Shown: positions 17,002 through 27,619 of the stretch, piece by piece
Layout of the letters: each line of letters begins with the position of its first letter
Position numbering within the stretch: the first letter of the stretch is position 1
Assembly (NCBI GenBank): GCA_963705915.1
Contig: OY970126.1
Span: 296,306-360,305, forward strand
DNA from: an uncultured bacterium
GTDB taxonomy: Bacteria > Patescibacteriota > Minisyncoccia > UBA6257 > 2-01-FULL-56-20
Reading direction: 5' to 3'
Length of the DNA stretch: 64,000 nucleotides
Notes under the pieces: model-generated
What the model was told of the DNA's origin: nothing
Database searches by the model: none
The model's input: only the letters and a program-made list of their open reading frames with translations
Position numbers and translations under genes: made by a program

Positions 17002-19020
17002 TTACGCAAGGTGAAGCGCCGCAATGAGCATGTCGATCAGTTTGATCCCGATGAATGGCGCGATGAGGCCGCCGACGCCGTAAATGAGAAGATTGATGCG
17101 AAGCACCGTGTCCGCGGGGAGCGCTCGGAACTTCACGCCTTTCAACGCAAGCGGAACGAGGAGAATGATGATGATGGCGTTGAAGATGACGGCGGAAAGG
17201 ATAGCGCTCTGTGGATCATGCAGTCGCAAGATGTTCAACGGCGCGATGACGGGGAAAATCGGAAGGATCATCGCCGGGATGATAGCGAAGTACTTCGAGA
17301 CATCATTTGCGATGCTGAACGTGGTGAGCGCTCCGCGCGTCATGAGCATTTGCTTGCCGATCTCGACTACTTCAATGAGCTTCGTCGGGTTTGAATCAAG
17401 ATCCACCATATTCCCGGCCTCCTTAGCCGCCTGCGTCCCCGTGTTCATCGCGACGCCGACATCGGCTTGAGCGAGTGCTGGCGCATCGTTTGTGCCGTCG
17501 CCGGTCATGGCAACCATCCTGCCGCCCGCCTGTTCCTTGCGGATAAGTGCGAGTTTATCTTCCGGTTTTGCCTCCGCAAGGAAGTCATCGACGCCCGCTT
17601 CTTTCGCAATCGCTGCTGCGGTAAGCGGATTATCGCCCGTAATCATGATCGTCTTGATTCCCATTTCACGGAAAAGCTTGAAGCGTTCGACGAGCCCGCC
17701 TTTGACGATATCCTTCAAATAAATTACACCAAGGATTTTATTCTGCGTTGCAACGACAAGCGGCGTGCCACCGAGCTTTGAAACACGGTCAACTTCCCCT
17801 TGGATTTCATTTGAAAACTTTCCGTGCGACCACGCCTTGATGGCTTGCGCCGCCCCTTTGCGGTACTGCATAAATTCCATATCAAGTCCGCTCATCCTCG
17901 TTTGGGCGCTGAATGGAACGAAAACAGCTTTCGGCATTTCGGTTATTTCCCTGCCGCGGATGCCGAATTGCTTGGCAAGCACGACGATACTTCGTCCTTC
18001 CGGCGTTTCGTCGGCAAGCGACGCAAGTTGCGCGGCATCGGCAAGCTCGTCCATGCTCGTACCGGGTGCTGGAATGAATTCTGCCGCCTCGCGATTGCCG
18101 AGTGTGATCGTTCCTGTTTTATCAAGGAGTAACACGTCGACATCACCCGCGGCCTCGACGGCGCGCCCGCTCATCGCAAGCACGTTGTGCTGGACGAGGC
18201 GGTCAATACCAGCGATGCCAATCGCTGACAGCAATCCGCCAATTGTCGTCGGGATCAAACATACGAGAAGTGCGACGAGTACCGGGACGGAGAAAATTGT
18301 TCCACTGTAAATGCCGAAGAGCCGGAACGTAATGACAACCCACAAGAAAATAATAGTGAGTGCGGAAAGCAGGATGGTGAGTGCGATCTCATTTGGTGTC
18401 TTCTGGCGCTTCGCGCCTTCGACGAGCATTATCATGCGATCAAGGAAGCTTTCGCCGGGGTTTGCGGTGATGAGAACCTTAATCTGGTCCGACAACACTT
18501 TTGTACCGCCCGTTACCGCGCTGCGGTCGCCGCCCGACTCACGGATCACAGGAGCGGATTCGCCGGTGATCGCCGACTCGTCAACGGTGGCGGCGCCCTC
18601 GATCACTTCGCCGTCGCCCGGAATGGTTTCGCCTGCGACAACCAATACGATGTCTCCCTTCCGAAGTTCTTCCGCAGAAACCTGCTGTAACGTCCCATCG
18701 GCTTTGTATTTCAAGCCGAAAAGCTGCGTGCGCGATTTACGGAGCGCGTCGGCCTGAGCTTTCCCGCGACCCTCCGCCATCGCCTCGGCGAAATTGGCGA
18801 AAAGGACCGTAAACCACAACCAGAGGGCGATCTGGATCACAAACCCTTTCGGGCCGCTGTTCAAGAAAATCTCTACTGTCGTTATGATGGCCCCGACAAG
18901 CGTCACGAACATAACCGGATTGCGCACCATCCTTCGCGGATCGAGCTTCGTAAACGCGCTTCCAATTGCCGGAAGAATGATCGCTGAATCGAATATGCTA
19001 CTGGTTCTTTTATTATTCAT
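17002..19020 (-). CDS. kdpB: K+-transporting P-type ATPase subunit B
   Basis: ORF track 672 aa. P-type ATPase motifs [28 protein letters not shown]. Confidence 0.95.
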   Translation of the reverse strand: MNNKRTSSIFDSAIILPAIGSAFTKLDPRRMVRNPVMFVTLVGAIITTVEIFLNSGPKGFVIQIALWLWFTVLFANFAEAMAEGRGKAQADALRKSRTQLFGLKYKADGTLQQVSAEELRKGDIVLVVAGETIPGDGEVIEGAATVDESAITGESAPVIRESGGDRSAVTGGTKVLSDQIKVLITANPGESFLDRMIMLVEGAKRQKTPNEIALTILLSALTIIFLWVVITFRLFGIYSGTIFSVPVLVALLVCLIPTTIGGLLSAIGIAGIDRLVQHNVLAMSGRAVEAAGDVDVLLLDKTGTITLGNREAAEFIPAPGTSMDELADAAQLASLADETPEGRSIVVLAKQFGIRGREITEMPKAVFVPFSAQTRMSGLDMEFMQYRKGAAQAIKAWSHGKFSNEIQGEVDRVSKLGGTPLVVATQNKILGVIYLKDIVKGGLVERFKLFREMGIKTIMITGDNPLTAAAIAKEAGVDDFLAEAKPEDKLALIRKEQAGGRMVAMTGDGTNDAPALAQADVGVAMNTGTQAAKEAGNMVDLDSNPTKLIEVVEIGKQMLMTRGALTTFSIANDVSKYFAIIPAMILPIFPVIAPLNILRLHDPQSAILSAVIFNAIIIILLVPLALKGVKFRALPADTVLRINLLIYGVGGLIAPFIGIKLIDMLIAALHLA

Positions 19021-19026
19021 GGATGC

Positions 19027-20751
19027 TTAGAATAGTTTTCCGGCGTGCATGAGGAATTGCTCAACGATAGGACCGAGCGACAATATCGGGAAGAACGTCA
19101 GCGCAGTAATAAGGACAATGACGCCGATGAGCAGGAGAACGAACGTGACGCCGGTTACCGGGAACGAACCCGGACCCATCGCGACGCGCTTTTTCTTTGC
19201 AAGCGATCCGGCGAGCGCCAAGATCGGGATCATCATGAAAAATCTTCCGAAAAGCGCATCGAGACCGATCGTTGTGTTGTACCATACCGTATTCGCAGAA
19301 AGTCCGGCGAAGGCGCTGCCGTTGTTCTCGGCCGCAGAGGTATAGGCGTAGAGTATTTCGCTCAATCCATGCGGGCCGCTATTGTTGAGCCCGGCCAGAC
19401 CCCACGAACTCACCGCCGCCCATGCCGTAAAACCCAGAATGAATATGACGAGAACAAGGACCGAGAGCGCTGCGACTTTTACGTCATAAGCTTCGATCTT
19501 CTTTCCTAAATATTCAGGCGTTCGCCCAATCATAAGCCCGGCGAGGAATACCGTGAGTATGATGTACACGATCATCGTGTAGAGGCCAGAGCCCACGCCA
19601 CCAAAAATAATTTCGTCGAGCTGCATATTTACGAGTGGAACCAACCCCCCAAGTGGGGTGAAAGAATCATGCATTGCATTGACCGCCCCCTCAGACGCAT
19701 CGGTCGTGACGGTCGCAAAAAGCGAGGAGTTGAAAATCCCAAACCTCACCTCTTTTCCCTCCATATTTCCATCGGCAGCAGATATTCCAAGCTGTTGGTG
19801 AATGGGATTGCCCATCTGTTCGGCGTGATAGAGAACCGCAAAACCGGCCAGGAAGACGAGGAGCATCGCGCACCATATCGCCCATCCGTGTTTTTGATTC
19901 CCAACCGCCTTGCCGAAATAGTAAGTAAGACCCGCCCCGATGGCGAAGATGCTCAGCATCTCAAGGAAATTCGTGAGACCGTTCGGATTCTCAAAAGGAT
20001 GGGCTGAGTTGGCATTCATATATCCTCCGCCGTTCGTGCCGATCATTTTAATGGCTTCCTGGGAAGCGAGCGGTCCCTGCGGTATCGTCTGGGTCGTTAC
20101 CCCGCCGTTCGTCTGGACGACATTTGCGGTCGTGTAGCTGTTGAAATTCTGGATCGCGCCCTGTGAAATCAAGACTACTGCGAACACGAAAGCAATCGGC
20201 AAAAGGAGGTAATACGTGGTTCTCACCATATCGGTCCAGAAATTGCCGATGGTCTTGGCCGTATGACGGGCAACACCCCGGACAACCGCGGCGGCAAGCG
20301 CGATGCCCATCGCAGCCGATGCGAAATTATGGATGACGAGCGCAACCATCTGGGAGAAGTACGACATCGTCGCTTCCGGCACGTAGCTCTGCCAATTGGT
20401 GTTCGTCGCGAAGCTGACCGCCGTGTTGAATGCGAGGCTTGGACTTAAATTCGCAAAGTGCTGCGGGTTGAGAGGAAGCCATTGCTGCAGGCGAAGAATG
20501 ATATATGTGAAGACTATTCCAATCAAACTGAAAGCCAGCATTGCAATCGTATACTGTTTCCAATCCTGCTCTTTTTGCGGATCAATACCGAGAAGCTTAT
20601 AGGTAAACCGCTCAAGCGGCTTTAACAGGCGATCGAGAAACGTCTTTCCGTTAGCATCGAGCACCTGGAACAAATAGAGGCCAATCGGCTTCGTGATGAC
20701 GAAGAGGATTCCTACGAAGAGACCGAGTTGTATCCAATCAATAAGCGGCAT
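19027..20751 (-). CDS. kdpA: K+-transporting ATPase subunit A
   Basis: ORF track 574 aa polytopic; MPLIDWIQLGLFVGILFVITKPIGLYLFQVLD is a typical KdpA N-terminus. Confidence 0.95.
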   Translation of the reverse strand: MPLIDWIQLGLFVGILFVITKPIGLYLFQVLDANGKTFLDRLLKPLERFTYKLLGIDPQKEQDWKQYTIAMLAFSLIGIVFTYIILRLQQWLPLNPQHFANLSPSLAFNTAVSFATNTNWQSYVPEATMSYFSQMVALVIHNFASAAMGIALAAAVVRGVARHTAKTIGNFWTDMVRTTYYLLLPIAFVFAVVLISQGAIQNFNSYTTANVVQTNGGVTTQTIPQGPLASQEAIKMIGTNGGGYMNANSAHPFENPNGLTNFLEMLSIFAIGAGLTYYFGKAVGNQKHGWAIWCAMLLVFLAGFAVLYHAEQMGNPIHQQLGISAADGNMEGKEVRFGIFNSSLFATVTTDASEGAVNAMHDSFTPLGGLVPLVNMQLDEIIFGGVGSGLYTMIVYIILTVFLAGLMIGRTPEYLGKKIEAYDVKVAALSVLVLVIFILGFTAWAAVSSWGLAGLNNSGPHGLSEILYAYTSAAENNGSAFAGLSANTVWYNTTIGLDALFGRFFMMIPILALAGSLAKKKRVAMGPGSFPVTGVTFVLLLIGVIVLITALTFFPILSLGPIVEQFLMHAGKLF

Positions 20752-20757
20752 GATAAA

Positions 20758-20838
20758 TTAAAAATCTTCAGGACGAACCATGGTTATAAAAAGATAGATG
20801 ACGAGCGCGATGGCAATGATGCCGATGATGATGTTCAT
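20758..20838 (-). CDS. kdpF: KdpF-like 26-aa hydrophobic peptide
   Basis: Manual translation gives MNIIIGIIAIALVIYLFITMVRPEDF, immediately upstream of kdpA. Below the ORF-track size cutoff. Confidence 0.55.
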   Translation of the reverse strand: MNIIIGIIAIALVIYLFITMVRPEDF

Positions 20839-20840
20839 GG

Positions 20841-20924
20841 TTATAGTTTTTCGCAGGCTTTCATGTAGAGCCAACCGAGGGCAAAGAACACAATCGTGAT
20901 ACCGACAAAAATGAGGTCTTGCAT
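20841..20924 (-). CDS. second KdpF-like 27-aa hydrophobic peptide
   Basis: Manual translation gives MQDLIFVGITIVFFALGWLYMKACEKL, directly upstream of the first KdpF-like ORF. Confidence 0.4.
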   Translation of the reverse strand: MQDLIFVGITIVFFALGWLYMKACEKL

Positions 20925-21036
20925 GGATTTTTGGTTTCTATTTAATTCGAATATAGCGCCCTTCAATTCGTTGTCAATAGCAATATGCGTGAAATTCCTT
21001 TTGTTTTATATATGAAATTCGATAGTCGAGATTTGG

Positions 21037-21053
21037 TGTCAAAATATTTGACA
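21037..21053. promoter_or_regulatory. perfect 7-3-7 palindrome TGTCAAA-ATA-TTTGACA in the kdp/trmB divergent intergenic region
   Basis: Read directly. Candidate operator. Confidence 0.35.
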
Positions 21054-21118
21054 AGGGCTCGTTGTAGACATACCATCTAACCAAGAATATCATTGGCTCG
21101 GTTCGAGGCATTGAGTCA

Positions 21119-21135
21119 TTGTCATAAAATGACAA
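21119..21135. promoter_or_regulatory. perfect 7-3-7 palindrome TTGTCAT-AAA-ATGACAA, related to the 21037 palindrome
   Basis: Read directly. Shares the TGTCA..TGACA half-sites. Confidence 0.35.
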
Positions 21136-21208
21136 CAACTTATTACCTCAGAGCCGTTAGGCTTAAAGTATCATCACTTTACCTTGTGGAAAACCCAACC
21201 CTAAAAAT

Positions 21209-21961
21209 ATGGACCTAGAGGAAATTCTCACTAAAGTCGGCCTGGATGAAAAGGAGGCGAAAATATATATCGCTCTGTTGGATCTTGGCAGTGAAAAAGT
21301 ACATGAGATCGCGAAAAAGGCCGGCGTGAAGCGTCCCACTGCGTACGTCGTGCTCGAGCAACTCTACGCCAAGAATTTTGTCGTAAAGACCTATCACCAG
21401 CGCCGCGCTTTCTATTCCGCAGAAAAGCCTGACATCATCTTGCGCGCACTCAAGGAAAAAGAAGATCTCTTGGACCAAGCCTTACCTCTTTTCCATGCCC
21501 GGATGGCGGCATCGAAAATAAAACCAAAAATACGAATCTACGAAGGAAGGAGTGGCATTGAAAAAGTATACGACGAAATTTATGCGAGTCCGTCCGTATG
21601 TCTTTTCGGATCCCTCAAGAATCTCTCTGAGGAATTTGTCGGACGCGTGGATAAATTGAAGGAGATCATAAAATCGAAAGATATCCACGTACGCGACCTC
21701 CTTACTCATGATCCGAAAGATCTTGATTTCGGCTTTGCGGCCATCGGCCGCAACTACGAAGGGCGCGTCGTGCCAAAGGAATTCGACCTCTATATTGACG
21801 GAGCTGTTTACGGAGACCAGGTGGCGATTCTTTCCATAAAAAAAGAATTATTCGCCGTGGTCATTGAAAGCAAGGAGGTGGCTGATACATTTCGCTCACT
21901 TTTTGAACTTGCATGGAAGATGTCTGTACCGCTGGAGCAATTTGAAAAAGATAAACGATAA
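21209..21961 (+). CDS. TrmB-family transcriptional regulator
   Basis: ORF track 250 aa. N-terminal wHTH LTKVGLDEKEAKIYIALLDLGSEKVHEIAKKAGVKRPTAYVVLEQL is typical of TrmB. Confidence 0.85.
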   Translation: MDLEEILTKVGLDEKEAKIYIALLDLGSEKVHEIAKKAGVKRPTAYVVLEQLYAKNFVVKTYHQRRAFYSAEKPDIILRALKEKEDLLDQALPLFHARMAASKIKPKIRIYEGRSGIEKVYDEIYASPSVCLFGSLKNLSEEFVGRVDKLKEIIKSKDIHVRDLLTHDPKDLDFGFAAIGRNYEGRVVPKEFDLYIDGAVYGDQVAILSIKKELFAVVIESKEVADTFRSLFELAWKMSVPLEQFEKDKR

Positions 21962-22052
21962 GTTTTACCGGCATAAAATAAAGGAGCGTCCGATTGTAAG
22001 CGCAGCAGCACTGCATTAGGTCCAAAAAACTTAGCATGATATAGTAAGCCAG

Positions 22053-23261
22053 ATGAACAACCGCCCTTCATCCTTCTATGGCCTTGGCATAGCGCCAAGC
22101 ATTCTTTCGGTACTCAACAAATTATCACTTACCACCCCCACGCCCATCCAAGAGAAAGCGATCCCGCAAGCGATTGAAGGGAAAGACATCATGGGTATTG
22201 CGCAAACTGGAACCGGAAAGACATTTGCGTTCGGCATTCCTATGATCCAGCTTCTTTTGCAAGATCGGCGCCATCGGGCGCTCGTTCTTCTTCCCACGCG
22301 GGAACTCGCCGAACAGGTAGATGATTCGTTGCGAAAAATCGGCACGCCGCTCGGCATAAAAACGGCTGTCCTTATCGGCGGCGAACCGATGGGGCGGCAA
22401 CTTCAGGCGCTTCGGCGTACGCCGAACGTTATTCTTGCAACGCCGGGTCGACTCCTTGATCACCTTTCACAAAAAACGGTGACATTGCGGGATATGACCA
22501 TGGTAGTCCTTGATGAAGCGGACCGAATGCTCGACATGGGTTTTGCGCCGCAGCTCAAACGCATTCTCGCCGCATTACCCGCCGAACGGCAGACCCTTCT
22601 TTTTTCCGCCACGATGCCGGAAAATATCGTCTCGATGGCGCGCTCCTTCTTGAAGCTGCCCTTGCGTGTGGAAATTGCTCGCCAAGGAACCGCCGCGAAT
22701 GGTGTGACGCAAGAACTCTTTTTTGTGACCCAGCCAGAGAAGCCGCGCCTTCTTGAAAAAGTTTTACAAGAATACCGAGGCTCCGTGCTCGTCTTTGCAC
22801 GAACAAAATTCAGCGCCAAAAAAATCGCCGCTCATCTTCGCGCACTCGGCCACACCGCCGTGGAGCTTCATTCCAATCGATCGCTCAACCAACGGCGTGA
22901 AGCCCTTGCCGGATTCAAAACAGGAAAATATAGAGTCGTCGTCGCAACCGACATCGCTGCGCGAGGGATCGATGTACAGAATATTGAGCTCGTGATCAAC
23001 TACGACCTTCCTTCGGTTGCCGAAGATTATGTGCATCGCATCGGCCGCACCGGACGCGCAGGAGAATCAGGTCACGCCATTTCTTTTGCACGAGCCGATG
23101 AACGGCGCGACGTTCAGGACATCGAACGCCTCATGCGCATAAACCTTCCGGTGTCGAAACTGCCGACGTTGCCACCAGCGCCGCCAATGCCGCCTTTTCA
23201 CGGCGGGAATCATCATCGGCCCCGTGGCGGTTCAGGACGCCAAAATTTCCGGAGGAGATAA
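22053..23261 (+). CDS. DEAD-box ATP-dependent RNA helicase
   Basis: ORF track 402 aa. Motifs AQTGTGKT, PTRELA, DEAD-equivalent VLDEADRML, SAT, HRIGRTGRAG. Confidence 0.95.
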   Translation: MNNRPSSFYGLGIAPSILSVLNKLSLTTPTPIQEKAIPQAIEGKDIMGIAQTGTGKTFAFGIPMIQLLLQDRRHRALVLLPTRELAEQVDDSLRKIGTPLGIKTAVLIGGEPMGRQLQALRRTPNVILATPGRLLDHLSQKTVTLRDMTMVVLDEADRMLDMGFAPQLKRILAALPAERQTLLFSATMPENIVSMARSFLKLPLRVEIARQGTAANGVTQELFFVTQPEKPRLLEKVLQEYRGSVLVFARTKFSAKKIAAHLRALGHTAVELHSNRSLNQRREALAGFKTGKYRVVVATDIAARGIDVQNIELVINYDLPSVAEDYVHRIGRTGRAGESGHAISFARADERRDVQDIERLMRINLPVSKLPTLPPAPPMPPFHGGNHHRPRGGSGRQNFRRR

Positions 23262-23266
23262 GACGA

Positions 23267-23668
23267 CTACTTGGGTTGCCACTCCGTTGCTTGCAGTAAA
23301 CCGAAAAGATTTCCTTCGGTGTCTACGGCGCGAGAGAACCAACCCAAACCTTTCATCTCCCACTTTTCTTTTCCTTCCCATGGTTGGATCTGGCCGCCGT
23401 TCGCCTTGATGCTTGCGATGACCTTATCCATGTCGTCAACTAAAATCGTACAATCAAAGCTATTGAGTTTGCGCATGGGGTTATCAGACCGTTTATACAT
23501 GCCACCATCAATGCCAGGCCCCTCCCCTGTTTTCATCGTCCAATAATCCATGCCCACGCCGGGCATGCTCGTCTTTTCTATTTTCCAGCCAAGCGCATTC
23601 TCATAAAACTTTTTTGCACGCTCGGCGTCATCCGCCTGAACTTCAAAGTGTATGGGTCGATTGTTCAT
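23267..23668 (-). CDS. VOC/glyoxalase-bleomycin-resistance family protein
   Basis: ORF track gives 174 aa from 23791. The internal Met (MNNRPIHFEVQADDAERAKKFYENALGW) removes a 79-nt overlap with cyoD and matches the VOC N-terminus. Confidence 0.75.
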   Translation of the reverse strand: MNNRPIHFEVQADDAERAKKFYENALGWKIEKTSMPGVGMDYWTMKTGEGPGIDGGMYKRSDNPMRKLNSFDCTILVDDMDKVIASIKANGGQIQPWEGKEKWEMKGLGWFSRAVDTEGNLFGLLQATEWQPK

Positions 23669-23712
23669 TGTCTTATTATACTTATACCACCCTCCCGGTG
23701 TAAATATTCCAA

Positions 23713-24063
23713 TTAAAACCCTTGCTGGTCTTGCATATACTGGTTCATCTGCGCGGGTGTCATGTTGTAATTCAAATGTTCCATAATCCAAAGCGAACCA
23801 ACCACGACAATAAGCACAAGCACAATCGTCGTAAAGAATACGGCGAGCTTCCAGCGGCTTCCGGTTTCTGATCCGAGATGGAGGAAAAAAAGCATTTGGA
23901 TGATAAGCTGCAAAACGGCGAGCGCAAGAATGGTTGCGAGGATTTCCGCATTATCCATGCCGAAAAGTCCTGGCCGAGTGACAACCAAAAACGCGGCAAG
24001 CGTAAGGACGATCGACGACAGGAATCCGATGATGTATGACGTGAGATTGTTTTCTTTCATGGC
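23713..24063 (-). CDS. cyoD: cytochrome o ubiquinol oxidase subunit IV
   Basis: ORF track ORF from 24111. The likely start MKENNLTSYIIGFLSSIVLTLAAF is at 24063 (ATGA overlap with the cyoC stop). Three TM helices. Confidence 0.8.
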   Translation of the reverse strand, partial: AMKENNLTSYIIGFLSSIVLTLAAFLVVTRPGLFGMDNAEILATILALAVLQLIIQMLFFLHLGSETGSRWKLAVFFTTIVLVLIVVVGSLWIMEHLNYNMTPAQMNQYMQDQQGF

Positions 24064-24674
24064 TATATGACGCGGCCCATAAGATAAACGACCGTGAAGA
24101 TAAATATCCAAATGATATCGAGGAAATGCCAGAAGAGGCTGAGACGTTCGAGTTTTGAGACAACAAACGGCGTGAGGCCCCGAAGCTGGATCTGTACGAT
24201 GGCCACAACCATCCAGAGCAAGCCGATCGTGATATGCAATCCGTGCGTGCCGACGAGCGTGAAAAATGCCGAGAGGAATGCGCTTCGCTGCGGGCTATTG
24301 CCGCTTGCGGCGAGACCGGAAAACTCCATGAGTTCAAGCGTGAGGAATGTTGCACCAAGGAGGAATGTGACGATAAACCATACCATCGCCTGATTCTTTT
24401 TATTACTGCGGACCGCGAGCATCGCAAGGCCGCAGGTGAAACTGCTCGTAAGAAGGATGAGCGTTTCGGCGAGGGCATTCGATAGGCTAAAAAGATGTCC
24501 GCCGTCCGGGCCGCCAAAGGTGTTCCCGCGAAGGACGGCATACGTGGCAAAGAGCGCCGCGAATACAATGAGGTCGGTCATCAGATATACCCAAAAACCA
24601 AAAACGAATTTATCCTTGGAAGCCGCTTGCTTCGCCGTTTCTTGTCGTGCGACGGCCTGATTGTTTTCGTTCAT
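24063..24674 (-). CDS. cyoC: cytochrome o ubiquinol oxidase subunit III
   Basis: ORF track 203 aa; heme-copper oxidase subunit III-like with 5 TM. Confidence 0.9.
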   Translation of the reverse strand: MNENNQAVARQETAKQAASKDKFVFGFWVYLMTDLIVFAALFATYAVLRGNTFGGPDGGHLFSLSNALAETLILLTSSFTCGLAMLAVRSNKKNQAMVWFIVTFLLGATFLTLELMEFSGLAASGNSPQRSAFLSAFFTLVGTHGLHITIGLLWMVVAIVQIQLRGLTPFVVSKLERLSLFWHFLDIIWIFIFTVVYLMGRVI

Positions 24675-26660
24675 GAAAGTATTCGTGCGATTTCCATTTT
24701 CTCGACTTCAGTAGCCTTCAAAATATATTCCGTGTCTTCATCGAATGAACGCATGATCACGCAGGTGATGGCACCAATGAGGCCAATTGCCGCGAGCCAA
24801 AGGATGTCCCACACCAGGGCAAAGCCGAGAAGGAAGACAAAGCCGGAAAGATATATCGCCATCGGCGTGTTCTTTGAAAGCTCGATGTCTTCATATTTTT
24901 GATTTTTCATTTTACCGTTCGGGCCAATCTCGCCATCTTTCTTCATTTCCCAAAACGCATCGCGGCTATGGACAGTGGGCGTCACCGCAAAGTTATAGAA
25001 CGGCACAGGCGACGGTGTTGCCCATTCAAGCGTGTGCCCATTCCACGGATCACCGGTCGTGTCACGATTTTGGTTCCGCTCCTTCACGCTCACCACAACC
25101 TGGATGATCTGCACAATCGCGCCGGCGGCGATGATGAAAACGCCGATTGCCGCAACGATGAAGAGCGGCTGGAAACCGGTCGACGCGTCATAGTGGTCAA
25201 GACGGCGTGTTGCGCCCATGAACCCTAATATATAGAGCGGGGTGAAGGATGTGAAAAATCCTACGAGCCAAAGCCAAAACGCGCGTCTCCCCCATTTTTC
25301 ATTCAGTTTGAAACCGAGCACCTTCGGGAACCAATACGTGATACCGGCGAAAATACCGAAGAGCGCACCGCCAACGATCATGGTGTGAAAATGCGCGACG
25401 AGAAACAGCGTGTTATGCAATTGATAATCCGCAGCCGGCGTCGCGAGCAAGACGCCTGCCATGCCGCCAAACGTGAACGTGCTCACAAATCCCATAAACC
25501 AATACATCGGCGTCATAAAGCGGATGCGCCCGCGCCACATCGTGAGAATCCAATTGAACATTTGCACGCCGGCTGGAATGGCGATGAGCATCGTCGAAAT
25601 GCCAAAGAACGCGTTCACGTCTGCGCCCGCACCCATCGTGAAAAAATGATGCAGCCAAACCAAGCCTGCGAGCGCCGTGATCGAAATCGCGGCGCAGACC
25701 ATGGAGACATAGCCAAATAATCTTTTTGCCGGAAAACGTGGAAACGACCTCGGAGAAAATACCAAACGACGGGATGACAAGGATATAGACTTCGGGATGG
25801 CCCCACATCCAAATGAGATTCACATACATCATCGGATTGCCGCCGAATCCCGACGTAAAGAAATGCATGCCAAAAAACCTATCGAGCCAAAGAAGCCCGG
25901 TCGTCACCGTGAGCATCGGGAATGCCGAAAGGATGAGCGCCGAGCTGCAAAGCGACGTCCAAACGAACATCGGCATCTTCATGAGCGTCATGCCCGGTGC
26001 GCGCATCTTAATGATGGTGACGAGGAAATTGAGGCCGCCAAGCAAGCTGCCGAGGCCGGAGATTTGCAGGCTCCATATCCAATAATCGACGCCCGTGCCC
26101 GGACTATACGCGAGTTCCGAAAGCGGCGGGAGCGAAAGCCATCCGGCCGATGCGAACTGTCCGCCGACGGCAAAGAATGTGTTAATGAGGACCGCGCCGG
26201 CGACGTACAACCAAAATCCGAGCGAGTTCAAAAATGGAAACGCGAGATCGCGCGCGCCGATTTCGAGCGGCACGATGAGATTCATGAGGCCGAACAAAAA
26301 TCCCATCGTCACAAAAAATACCATGATGTCGCCGTGTGCCGTGAAAATCTGCTGGAAATGGCTCGGGTCAAGATACCCCTGCGAATTCCCCACCGACATC
26401 GCCTGCTGAATCCAAATCATGATGGCATCGAGTCCGCCGCGGAAAAGCATCACGGACGCCACAACGATATACATCACCCCGATTTTCTTCGGATCGGTCG
26501 ACGTGAGCCAATCCCTCCAGAGCCACCTCCAACGCTTGTAATACGTGATGACGCCGCCAACGAGCGCCATACCGAGGATGATACTCACCGTCCCTCCGAT
26601 CGTAAACCATTCGTGCGGAAGTGCGCTCCAGGTTAGATTGCCAAAAATAAAATGTTCCAT
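24671..26660 (-). pseudogene. cyoB: cytochrome o ubiquinol oxidase subunit I, interrupted by a +1 frameshift in a T5 (minus-strand A5) run at 25723..25727
   Basis: Two overlapping ORF-track ORFs (25413..26660 and 24671..25780) are both CyoB-like. The 5' frame reads ...[15 protein letters not shown] then junk. The 3' frame reads ...[11 protein letters not shown]... Deleting one A restores [13 protein letters not shown], which matches the E. coli CyoB region FSRKRLFGYTSLV. Confidence 0.85.
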
Positions 26661-26661
26661 G

Positions 26662-27561
26662 TTACATTTGCATGCCTGGCATCGCCATCCCCGGCATCGA
26701 CGATGACGGCATCATATACTTCATCATCACATTATTATAAAGATTCGGATCTACGGAGGAATAATAGGCCGGCGGATTGTAGGTGGACGGCTCGGCAAGC
26801 GTATTGTAGGCGTCTTCGTCGAGCGTGCTCGACATCTGCTTTATCTGCGCAACCCAGATATTAAAGTCCGTCTCCGCGACGGAGTTCGCCTGGAACGTCA
26901 TGCCGGCATAGCCAGCGCCGTTGATTTCCGTATCCTTGCCGGTGAACGTTCCCGTGGACGATGCGATCAAATTGAGCTGGGTTTCCATCGCGGCCATCGC
27001 ATAAATCTGGCTGCCGAGTTGGGGAATCCAAAACGAACTCATCGGCGCGTCCGCGGTGAGCTCAAAATGCACCGGCGTCTGCTCCGGAAACTCAATGTAG
27101 TTCACCGTCGCAATGCCTTGCTGGGGATAGATGAAAAGCCACTTCCACTGGAGCGCAACGACTTCTATGGTGAGCGGCGGCACGGACGAGGCGATCGGCT
27201 GATAGGGATCCACGGCGTGCACGCTCTTCCACGAGAGGACCGCAAGCACGGCAACGAGCATCGCGGGAATCACCCACAGCATGAGCTCACTCGACGCTCC
27301 ATGGTTTTGATTCGGTTCGTAGTTCGCAGCTTTGTTCCCGGCACGATAGCGCCACGCAAACGTAAAAAGCGCAACGAACATCGGCACAACAACCACGAGC
27401 ATCAAAAGCATCGACACTTTTATTGCACTAATCTCCTGCCCCGCAATCGTTCCATCCGGAGCAAAAAGCGCCACGAGACTTCCGCCAATCAAATATTTAA
27501 AAAAGATGACCGCAGCGAGGATGATCGCGGCTCCGATCGCGATTCGGTATTGCACCTTCAT
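26662..27561 (-). CDS. cyoA: cytochrome o ubiquinol oxidase subunit II, with Met-rich C-terminal tail
   Basis: ORF track 334 aa from 27666. The internal Met [21 protein letters not shown] gives a signal/TM N-terminus and removes the overlap with cyoE. The C-terminus ends [16 protein letters not shown]. Confidence 0.85.
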   Translation of the reverse strand: MKVQYRIAIGAAIILAAVIFFKYLIGGSLVALFAPDGTIAGQEISAIKVSMLLMLVVVVPMFVALFTFAWRYRAGNKAANYEPNQNHGASSELMLWVIPAMLVAVLAVLSWKSVHAVDPYQPIASSVPPLTIEVVALQWKWLFIYPQQGIATVNYIEFPEQTPVHFELTADAPMSSFWIPQLGSQIYAMAAMETQLNLIASSTGTFTGKDTEINGAGYAGMTFQANSVAETDFNIWVAQIKQMSSTLDEDAYNTLAEPSTYNPPAYYSSVDPNLYNNVMMKYMMPSSSMPGMAMPGMQM

Positions 27562-27619
27562 TATTGTAATAATAGCATGCGAGGGCGGCTGCCCGCGGCG
27601 CTCCTGCCCAAAACATCCG

